This document shows, one piece after another, positions 12,418-24,398 of a stretch of 64,000 nt of DNA; the stretch's first letter is position 1; each line of letters begins with the position of its first letter. A program made the position numbers and the translations under genes. Below the pieces are notes generated by a model. That model searched no databases. It was not told the DNA's origin and saw nothing but the letters and a program-made list of their open reading frames with translations. The stretch lies in assembly GCF_006345805.1 (NCBI RefSeq), contig NC_043003.1, positions 106,392,001 through 106,456,000 on the forward strand, in the 5' to 3' direction. The DNA is from Octopus sinensis (taxonomy: Eukaryota).

Positions 12418-15400
12418 GGTTATTTTGAGGATATAGATATCTCTTGAAGGCATGTTAGCATCCATATATATATATCTATATATATAGAAGTAGTCCATAG
12501 CTTCCGTTACCTAGGTGACCAAGTCAGTAGTGGGGGCGGATGCTCTGAGTGTATAGCCGCTAGAATAAGAATAGCCTGGGTAAAGTTCAGAAAGCTCCTA
12601 CCTCTGCTGGTAACAAAGGGCCTCTCACTCAGAGTGAAAGGTAGACTGTACAACACATATGTGCAAACAGCCATGCTACATGGTAGTGAAACATGGACTG
12701 TGACTGCCGAAGACATGTGTAATCTTGCAAGAAATGAAGCTAGTATGCTCTGTTGGATGTGTAATGCCAGAGTATGTACATGAAAGTGTAAACGTCCTGA
12801 GAGGAAAGCTGGACATAAAAGAACCATCAGATGTGGTGTGCAAGAGAGATGACTGCGCTGGGGTATGGTCATGTGTTGCAAATGAATGAGGACAGCTGTG
12901 TGAAGAAGTGTCACATCCTAACAGTGGAGGGAACCTGTGGAAGAATTAGCGCCAGAATGACCTGGGATGAGGTGGTGAAGCACGACCTTTGAATGTTGGG
13001 CCTCACAGAGGCAATGACAAGTGACCGAGACTTTTGGAGATATGCTGTGCTTGAGAAGACCCGATAAGCCAAGTGAGACCATAACCATGGCTTATGCCAG
13101 TGTTGCTTCTCTTTAGAAGGAACTGGTTTCTAACAAAAAGATACAAAGCTCCATTGTTGGAGTGTAGACAACAAAAACTATGTTGTATCTTGTCTTGACA
13201 TGATGGTTGCAAATGAGCGCCACCATCATAGAAGCTAAGCTGATTGTTTCCAGTCTTCCAGGAAAAAAAAAAACAAACATAGGCGCAGGAGTGGCTGTGT
13301 GGTAAGTAGCTTGCTAACCAACCACATGGTTCCGAGTTCAGTCCCACTGCGTGGCATCTTGGGCAAGTATCTTCTGCTATAGCCCCGGGCCGACCAATGC
13401 CTTGTGAGTGGATTTGGTAGACGGAAACTGAAAGAAGCCTGTCGTATATATGTATATATATATATATACTAGCAGTATCGCCCCGCTGGAATTGTAATTT
13501 TGAAAAGTAAAAATTTTGTGAACATTTTTCTGGTTGAAATACACCGAAAAGTGGCGACACAGCAGTGAAAAAATCGTAAAAAATAGGGATTTTCATAGAA
13601 AAAAGCATCTTTTTGATGTAAATAATTTTTGGTGTTAACATGGTCCGATTTGAATTTTATGTTCTACGGAAGGAAGAGCAACCCTTCTACCATACTCTCA
13701 ATTTTGGTCAACTTGCGCCGCAGGGTCTCGGAGGAGATAGTGTTAGTTGAAGGTTACCATTCTAGGTGCCTGAGTAACAACCTCGCGGATTTACAGATAA
13801 ATGAATTAATTACTATTTTACAGAATAAAATTAAATAATTCTTGAAAATTAATTAATATTAATATTTTTTGAACAAAGTAAATAATTTTTAAAACTTAAA
13901 TAATAATGTTTTTTACACAAACGCGAACGGGGAAAAGGGGGTGGCGAATTCGATTTACATACCTAAATTTTTTCTTTTTCATGACATTGTAGCAAAATAG
14001 TAGTGAATTATATAAATACCAGCAGTACATTTTTTTTTCTGGGGTATTTTTTTTCAACCTCGTCACATATTTGCCCCTTTCAATTTAAACAAAGTCTTAA
14101 TTAAGCAATTACGGCAGCTTAGCAATGGTTTCAATACAGGCGTGACATGTGTATCTCAATTGTTCAAAACCCTTCAAATTTTTTCGCACGTGATGATATC
14201 ATAGTGAAAACTTTCAATTACGCGCGCTTAGAAGTACGCTCACAAATTAATACTACCAAAATTTTGAAGTTCGCCCTCCGCTTGTGTGTGTGTGTATGCG
14301 TGCTTTAGGTGTACGTAGGTATGTGTTTTTGTGTGTGTGTGTCACTGAAGCCATACATACATATATACATACATAACCTCTCTCTCTCTTTTCTCTCTCA
14401 GTCACTCACTACAAAAAGTGAATAAAAAAAGTTCAGTTATTTCTGTCTTTCACTCTGTCTGTCTCTTTACACACACTAACAAAAGCACTTCACTTACACA
14501 CCACACTTTCTGTGTCGCACAACCCATCAAACACACACACACACACACACACTCACGCACGCACACATGTACATCAATGCTTTCAGAGTGAAATGTTAAA
14601 ATATTGAGTTTTCTCGAATTTTGTCTTAATTGGGGGTGAAATTGAAAGAAATATATTATAGCATGACCGAATGGAGTACTTTGAAAAATCTTAGGTAAAC
14701 TCTAATTGAAGAAATTGTGTGAGGAGTAAATCGTTATGTATTTATTTGTTTCTGTTTGCTGTGTTTTTTTATTTTTTGAGTAGTGGTTTAAATACTTTCA
14801 GTTTAGTCTTCCTCAAATCACTCTGTCGCTATTTACTTTCATTTTATTCGTTGCACACTGTGTGTGTGCGTGTGCGTGTGGTGTAAACCACATTAAGAAA
14901 AGCATTTGACATACACACCAGAATGTGAGTTTTCTGTAAATTTTGCTTAATTGGAGTTTAAATTTAAAAAACTGGACCTGGCATGACCCGATGCATTCTA
15001 CTCTTAAAAATGCTAGGTAAATTGTAATTGAAGAAATCCTATATTGTAGATTTCTATAAGTTACAAAGGGAGGCAGATTAAATCTGCCTTTTATAATAAG
15101 AGATATATATATATATGTGTGTGTGTTTGTGTGTCTGTGTTTGTCCCCCTAGCATTGCTTGACAACCGATGCTGGTGTGTTTACGTCCCCGTAACTTTGC
15201 GGTTCGGCAAAAGAGACCGATAGAATAAGTACTGGGCTTACAAAAAGAATAAGTCCCGGGGTCGATTTGCTCAACTAAAGGCGGTGCTCCAGCATGGCCG
15301 CAGTCAAATGACTGAAACAAGTAAAAGTGAAAGAGACAGAGATATCTACACATGAAGAAATATCACCTCGCTTGTTTCCAAGTGATGGTTGGTGGCAGGA

Positions 15401-18400
15401 AGGGCATCCTGCTGTGTTGAAAATCTGCCTCAACAAATTCTGTCTGACTGATGCAAGCATGGAAAAGTGGATAATAGATGTTTGATGATGGAAACTATAA
15501 ATGTGGTTGGTGTTTATTTTATTGCCAGTGCAGAGAGGAAAGCCAGAGTTGGATTGGAACTTGGAAGCATAAGGGATGAAGATAAATACTGATAAATACT
15601 ACATAAGCTTTAGTCTGGCATTCTTCTACCTTAGAAAATCCTTCAGTCACTCTCAGTATTGATTCGTTTTGAAAAGACACAAAGACAATATTTGTAGAGG
15701 AAGGATTTTGTAGTAAAGATTGTTTGCCAACATAACATGGTAGTCCTAGTTTAGGACAAATGTTGCTGTAATTTAGCCACAGGAGACATCATCTCCAGCT
15801 GGCTGTACGACACGATCTGTGTCCTTATATTTTCAAACAAGGGAATCTAGCAACCCCACTCGGTTCAAGACAATATCTGTGTATTGTGATTTCTGGGTTA
15901 TTTCTCTTCGTTAAATGCAAGTCTAAATGCCTCATAGAATTTAGTTATGACCCTTTATGTTCTGAATCAGTCTATGAAGATTTGTCCTTCTTTCTCATCT
16001 TAATCAATACAAGAACCAATAATGTATGGAGGTTGGTTCAATAATCAATAACCCCATTCGTTTAATAATTACCTTGTGTCTGATCAATAAATATCATCAA
16101 TAACCCTTATTATTGATCTTCTTAACATTTAACAAAGAATTTCAAGAAGCAATGACTTGTATTGTTTGTCTTGAATAATTTTCTGCTTATTTGTCGTCCT
16201 TACAGCCTTTACTCGCTGTCATCTCGAGCAAAGACCAACTGAAGAAGTAACCCGCCCACCCATGGGTGCTCTTAACAGGGTAAGAAGACGACATTTTCAT
16301 AAAATGTTTTTGCAAAATGTATTTACTTTTCTACAGTTGTCTGACTGCTGTCATCAAATTCTTCAGAATTCCATTCCATGAATATCTATGGGTTGTTGTT
16401 ATGGAACCATGAAATTCGTTTGGAGAAATGTATGCCTTGTTACATGTAATGAATTCACAAACTTACCGTTAGCTGTGTTCTTGTGTTCTAGTGTTTTGTA
16501 ACAGAATGAGAGATTCCCGCCCCTGGAGGGGTGCAGCTCGCATCCTTTACATCAAATATTAATCGAAGAAAGAGTCAAGATTTTCCGTTAACTTCAACAG
16601 TATAAATATTTATTCTTGGATTCGCAGGAGTGGCTGTGTGGTAAGTAGCTTGCTAACCAACCACATGGTTCCAGGTTCAGTCCCACTGCATGGCATCTTG
16701 GGCAAGTGTCTTCTGCTATAGCCCCGGGCTGACCAATGCCTTGTGAGTGGATTTGGTAGACGGAAACTGAAAGAAGCCTGTCGTATATATGTATATATAT
16801 ATATATTATATATATATATAAGTGTGTGTGTGTGTGTTTGTGTGTCTGTGTTTGTCCCCCTAGCATTGCTTGACAACCGATGCTGGTGTGTTTACGTCCC
16901 CCGTCACTTAGCGGTTCGGCAAAAGAGACCGATAGAATAAGTACTGGGCTTACAAAGAATAAGTCCCGGGGTCGATTTGCTTGACTAAAGGCGGTGCTCC
17001 AGCATGGCCGCAGTCAAATGACTGAAACAAGTAAAAGAGTAAAGAGAGTAAAGAGAATATAAACATTTCCTTCCCCTGGGCGAATCGGCAGCCTAGGAGC
17101 TTATTGGCAGTAGTCAAGTGGAGTGAGTCAGTCCTGCCTGTTCAAGCATAGCGGGGATGCGCCACGAGGTAGCTGCTCGAGGGAGCTGCTGGAGACACAT
17201 CTGTATCGTTCAGCTGCTAGCGTCAAAAGAGAGAGATACAAGAGAATTTCACTGCTGCCAGTTTTCTGCGCATGTGCATGAGGGAACTCCTGGCTGGCCT
17301 TCCGGAAGATTCCAACCCTGCGCATGCATGCTGGAGATTTCCAAGATGGCGTCACTACAGTTTGATTTAATTCTGATATTTGGTTCTCCTCCTTTTTCTT
17401 TTAATTACTAAATCAAAACAAGTGATGCATTGGAGAGTTCTATCCAAGACATGTCTCTATGTAATGTATTAATAACCATTTTTAGCATTGTCATCAAGGT
17501 GATGAAAATGGTTAGCAAGAGGAATAAAAAGCTCAGCGACCATTTCTTCCAGCTCTTTATGTTCTGGATTCAAATTTTATTGAGATCATCTTTGCCTGAT
17601 GCCCTTTCAGGATTTATAAAATAAGTACCAGATGAGCAATGGAATTGATGTAATCAACATAAAACTCCCATTAAAATAGCTGGTTTTGTGTGCAAATTTG
17701 AAGCCATTATTATTACTGTCATAATGCTGAATATTTTGTCTTTGGATTCAATTGTGCCACACTTCTTTTATTTCCTCATGACCTTTCTTTAATAGTTATC
17801 AGACATTGTAGAGTGAAAAGGAGATGAAACTGCTTCTTTTAAAGCTGTAATATGAAAAAAATATTGTGAGAAGTGTAAACTATTTTAGCCAACAATTTCA
17901 TCCAATGTGTTAAAGACAAATCAGCTTGTTATAGGTATAGCTTGCTACAACTCTCTTTTACTTGTTTCAGTCATTTGACTGCGGCCATGCTGGAGCACCA
18001 CCTTTAATCGAGCAACTCGACCCCGGGACTTATTCTTTTTGGAAGCCCAGTACTTATTCTATCAGTCTCTTTTGCCAAACCGCTAAGTAACGGGGATGTA
18101 AACACACCAGCATCGGTTATCAAGCAATGCTAGGGGGGCAAACACAGACACACAAACATACACGCACACACATATATATATACATATATACGACGGGCTT
18201 CTTTCAGTTTCCGTCTACCAAATCCACTCACAAGGCATTGGTCGGCCCGGGGCTATAGCAGAAGACACTTGCCCAAGATGCCACGCAGTGGGACTGAACC
18301 CGGAACCACGTGGTTGTTTAGCAAGCTACTTACCACACAGCCACTCCTGTGCCTATTCTCTCAAATTTATTTTCTCAGTTAATTTTCTTGGGATGGTTGT

Positions 18401-21400
18401 TTCATTTTCAACTATTATCCTAGTACAGTATAGCCTAGGACAGTTATAGTCTGTTAAATGGTTCGAACATTTGTTTTACAATGATGAGGTTTCAAATTCA
18501 CTGCCACTGCGTAGTACTTTGTTGTGAAGTAGGGTCTCAGGTTAACCAAAGCCTTGCGTGGGGAGGTGGTGGGCAAAGAGACTTGGCAAAAGCCCATTGG
18601 GTGGGTTGCATCTCCAATTCAAAGGGTCAGCCTTGTCATATTGTACATGTGGCACACAGATTCTGTCTGAGGAATATGATAAGGACACTAGGATATGTAG
18701 AATACCCAGTCACTTAGACTATGTGTCAATAAGTAGGTCAGGCCATTGATCAGACAACTCAAAGAACCATCCTTGAAACCCATGATTGATCCATCAGATC
18801 TCTAAGGAATTAGATTTGAACCCTGCACTGTAATGTAATGATAATAGTTGAAAATGAAACAACCATCCCAAGAAAATTAACTGAGAAAATAAATTTGAGA
18901 GGATGATTGTGAAGGAGAACATTGATTTTTATTAGTAATTTTCTTGAAAAGCTTGTGTGGTTCACGACTGTTCCAAGAAAAGTAACTCATAAACTGAAAC
19001 TGAAAAAAGGATTCTGTAAGAAAATGTTGTTCTCATCTTAGTAATTTAGTTGGACAACTTATGTTGTATGTGAATGAAAGTGATGTAGAGAGAAGGAGAG
19101 ATGGGTTAAGTGAATGAGTATGAGGGTCTCCTGCCACAATCAGTTTTTGAGTTAGTAACAGTTTGGTTGTTGGATGTTGCAGAAAGCTCTTTCTTACCAA
19201 CAAGTCTAGAAGTCTGCTTGTCAAACGACTGATATGGAACTTAATATAACTTAGTGTACAACTGCATCCATCTTCTGTTCTTTTTCCTCCCTATCACTCT
19301 CTCTCTCCCTCACTTTCTTTCTCCCTCTCCCCTCACCTCTCTCTCCCCCCTCCCCTCCTCCTTCCCTACCTCTCTTTCCCCTCTCTTTTCCTCCTCTGTC
19401 TCTCTTTCCCTCCCCATCTCCCCCTCTCTCCCTGCCTCTCCCCTTACTCCCTCCCGCCCAACCCTTTCCTCCCTCTACCGCCCTAGCTCTATCTGACCCT
19501 TTATCTGTCCTTCAATCCCCTTTTATAAGCTGCATTTAGCTTGACAGGTTTTCAGTCAACAGCTTTTGATTCTTTAGAATTTTGGTTGGCACCATTTGAC
19601 AAATTTTCTCCCAACCCTCAGAGTATTCATCAGTTGCTTATTCTCATGACACTTTTACTCCATATGAAAGATTTTGATTTTGACAAGAACCTTCTTAGGA
19701 AATTACTATTTTTAAACCTCACAACAAGAGATATTCAGCAACAGTACTTTGTAGTAAAGATTGTTTGCCAACAGAACATGGCAGTCCTGGTTTATGTTGG
19801 CAAACTATCTTTACTACAAGAACCTTATCATCATCATCATCGTCATCATTGCTTAATGTCTGTTTTCCGTGCTAGCATGGGTTCAACCAGGGTCTGGAAA
19901 GCCAGGAGGCTGCACCAGGCTCCAGTCTGATCTGGCAGTGTTTCTATGGCTGGATGCCCTTCCTAATGCCAACCACTCCGTGAGTGTAGTGGGTGCTTTT
20001 TACATGCCACCGGCACAGGTGCCAGGGGAGGCTGGCAGCAGCCATGATTGGTTGGTGCTTTTTATGTGCCACCGGCACAGGTATCACAACTACAATTCAG
20101 GTTCAAATTGTGACATCTTAAAACTAAATGGAACAAAATGTCTTTCAAATTTAAAAACAAATTTTTTGCTTTGGAACATTTATCAGCCTTTCTTTTTAAT
20201 TGACATTATTCACCACATGTGGTTTTTTAAAGAATTTATTTTTGTTTTTCTCCTCTTAATTGCAGAGAATAAATATACTCAGTACCGAAGAAGAAGCAGA
20301 AATAAAAGAACTGCTTGACTATCAATCTGAGAAAATCAGAGAAAGAAATTTACTACTTTTTCCATATTTTAAAGATTATGATCGAGTGAGTGTTTATTCT
20401 CCATCATCACAGGGAATTGTATGTTTGATGTATGTTTAACCTTGAGGCTACAATTAAACTAACCAGCAGTATCGCCTGGCGTTGCTCGGGTTTGTTTCGA
20501 CCCTTTAGAATTGGAATGTTTGAAAAGTAAAAATTTTGCATTATGTAGCTTGTTATTCTCTTTAAGTGAACATCTTTCTGGTTGAAATACACCGAAAAAT
20601 GGCAACACAGCAGTAAAAAAATTGTAAAAAATAGGGATTTTCATAGAAAAAAAAGCACCTTTTTGATGTAAATAATTTGTGGTCTTAAAATGGTCCGATT
20701 TGAATTTTTTCTTCTGCAGAATGAAGAGTAAGTCTTCTTCTATCATACTCTCAATTTTGGTCAACTTGTGCCGCAGGGTCTCGGAGGAGATAGTGTTTGT
20801 CGAAGGCTACCAAACCTGCCACACACAGACAAGTTGAGCTTTATATAGAGAGAGATTTGTTCTGATAGTAATATAAATTTCAAGCATTTTTAGTTATGGC
20901 TTAGTTAGAGGCGGAAGAGCAACACCCATGGACTTTAGTGATGTGATGGGGTAGAGACTGGTGGGAGGAAGAAAGGAAGGAAGAAGTCATCATCCAAGTG
21001 GAGATCTGGATTAAAGGTTGAACTCTTTAGCATTTAGATTATTCTCTCAAATGTAATGCTTTTTTTTTCATTCACATTGTCCCTTTCTTAATCATGCTCA
21101 TTTTGTATCTCTGAAATGCTGGCAATGTGACTGTAATTTTAGAAAGTCACTAAAGGGTAGGTGTGATAGGTTGGATCTGGTATATTTGGGACAGATATGG
21201 TTGGTTTAGATTCTAAAGAGTTCAGGTTTGCAGCATTGTGGGCTTCCCTGGACTTTCTCCATTGTTTACATTTCCTAAATTTTACTCACCAAGCATTGGT
21301 TGATCCAAGGCTATTGTAGATGACCATGATGCCCCATGATGCCACACAGAGGAATCAAACTGAAAACTGTGTCATCTATAATACATTAAAAGTGAGCTTG

Positions 21401-24367
21401 AATTTTGCTTGCTTGCAATGTTACCCAGCCAAACTGGCGCATAATGGGAAAAATACTACAGATAAAGTTTCCTTTGAAATATGAATACAAATGGAATAAA
21501 AAAGTTTTATGTAAATCAGATTAGTGGTTGTTGAGACATTAGGGGTTTCCAGGGTATAGATACCCAAAATGGTGCATAATGGGAAAATATTCTGAAAATA
21601 ACTTAAACCTGAAAGGGAAGAAACTCTTACCTTGTGATTAGACACAGGGACTTTTTTACAGCAAATGTTTCTATTTTCGCCTTTAATAATTTAGAAATAT
21701 CTTTTAATGAATGTGATTTCAAAAATGTAAGGTATTTGTACAGTAAGTATTTATATTTTAGCTTTTTTTAAACTGATAATATTTTAATGTTTTTTTTAAT
21801 TATTTTCAAGTGAATGCCATTACAAAAATTATTTTTGGCATATTTGAAAAATATTTTAAAATGAAAATAACTTGGAAAATATGGTAAACATTTCGTAAAA
21901 GACCTGTTCATAACCTCGGAGTGAAATAATTTTTTTGCATAGGTCTTTTTTAGTGCATTCAACACTGCCAGAGATTTGGCTGCTATTTCTAGCATGCTCT
22001 GCTACTATGTAATAGCTATTTGTGATAAAGGACCCAAAATACCTGTTACGTGGTAGCAGGGCGTGCAAGAAATAGCAGCCAAATCTTTCCTTCTCTGGGG
22101 AAAGGAGCACTTTATGTGTGATTTCAATGTCACTTTCATTGGTATCATCAGCATTTAATGTCCAAAAAGGACTAAGTCCACTTTGCTGAGTTGTTGGTGT
22201 TAGGAAGGGCATCCAGCTGTAAAAATCCTGCCAAAACAGTTACAGAAACCTGGCGCAGGCTTCTGCCTGGCTGGCTCCTGTCAAACCACCCATAGCAGCA
22301 TAGAAGGCAGACGTTAAACGATGATGATATCATCCTCCCCCACCACCTGAAGATGGTGAGCTGGCAGAATCTTTAGCATGTCAAGCACAATGCTTAGGGG
22401 CCTTCCACTCGTCTTTACATTCTGAGTTCAAAATTCCACTGAGGTTGACTTTGCTTTTCTCCCTTTCAAGGTTGATAAAGTAAGTACCAGCTGAGCGTTG
22501 GGGGTGGATGTAACTGACTTCACCCCTCCCCCCAAATTTCTGGGCTTATGTGCCACAATCTGAATCCATTAAATCTCATCCATCTTCACACTTCGCCCAC
22601 AGGTGGAAGCACACTCAAAGCTGTAAAATGTAACAAAATGTCTTTCTGTTTATATAAAAGACTAGCAGTATTGCCCAGCGTTGCTCGGGTTTGTAAGGGA
22701 TATAAAAAATATAAGCATTTTTAGAGATGTAAAGTATAATAGCCATCTCAATATGGCTAACCACAAGGGGGGGGGGGTTGCTGTAGCTTTTTACGTTCTG
22801 AGATTTAATAATAAATTTTTAGAGAGTTACTTCCCTTATATATGCCAAAATGCATTAAAAATGGGAAAAATTGATGGTAAATTTTTTTTTAAATCGTAGA
22901 CTCATTGTAGACGCGCGCTAATACCCAGGAGGGCTCGATATGAATCACGACTATAAGATACCCGGTTTTGGTTAAACTGCACCGCAAAATGTGGGAGTAG
23001 TTAGGAATCTAAATCGTAGGAGACAGACAGCACACAACCTCACTTTTATATATAAAGATATGATATCATGATTTCCCTGTTTGGGACTATTTCACTATTT
23101 AGAGCTATTCAGACTAGGTCAGCTGAGAATTAAGTGTCTTCATCATGGCCAGCATGCAGTACTAGCGAGATGGTGTCTATTGTTGACCCCTTGATTTTCT
23201 AACAACTCTTTTATGTTGATTTCTTACAAGAAAAAAAAAAATGCTCAAAAGAAGGTTTGTTTGTTTCTCTCTGCTGTTTCCTCTTTCTTTAGGGTGTTGG
23301 ATATACAAAGTCAATCACCAAGAACCAGTTTGCTCGTGTTATGCACTTTGTACAATTAGAATTAACTGACAGACAATTGAGATTGCTCGTTAAAAATTTG
23401 GTAATGAAAATGGAGATATTAATTATCCATTATATGTTCAAACTGTGGATCCAGGTAGGTTATTGATTCTAATTTGAATTTCTATATTTTTCTTAAGTTT
23501 CTGGACTCAGTTTCCCAGTTTCCATCATGTATAATCGACTGAGATCCCTTCCCTTCCCTGAACAGACACTGGCCAATAACAGGGTCCAAGGCTAGCAATT
23601 TTTGAAAAGAGTTGATCACGTAGACCCTTTTACCTTGCTTCGAAACAGGTGAGAATTGATGATAGGGAGAGCCTCCTGTTGTCTAAAACACATTTTCTGC
23701 CTCAAGTCCTGTGTTACTCATGCAAATCATACAAGGTGGAAATTAAAATGATGTACATATACATAAAAGTGCCTATGCAGTGCCACATAAAAGCACCCAG
23801 TACCACTCTGTAAAGTGGTTGGTGTTAGGAAGGGCATCCAGCAGTAGAGAGAGACCATGCCAAATCTGACAGGAGCCTGGTGCAGCCTCCCAGCTTACCA
23901 ACCTTGGTCAAACCGTCCAATCCATGCCAGCAGGGACAACAGACATTCTTTTATTGTTTTTGTTTCAATTATTTGACTGTGGCCATGCTGGAGCACCAAC
24001 TTTAGTTGTGCAAATTGACTCCAGAACTTATTCTTTGTAAGCCTAGTACTTATTCTATCGGTCTCTTTTGCCAAACCACTAAGTTATGAAGACATAAACA
24101 CACCAGCATCAGTTGTCAAGCAATGTGCAATGTTGAGGGGGACAAACACAGACACACAAACAGACAAATACACACATACATACATACATATATATAGGCG
24201 CAGGAGTGGCTGTGTGGTAAGTAGCTTGCTAACCAACCACGTGGTTCCGGGTTCAGTCCCACTGCATGGCATCTTGGCCAAGTGTCTTCTGCTATAGCCC
24301 CAGGTCAACCAATGCCTTGTGAGTGGATTTGGTTGACGGAAACTGAAAGAAGCCTGTCGTATATATG

Positions 24368-24398
<31 letters not shown>

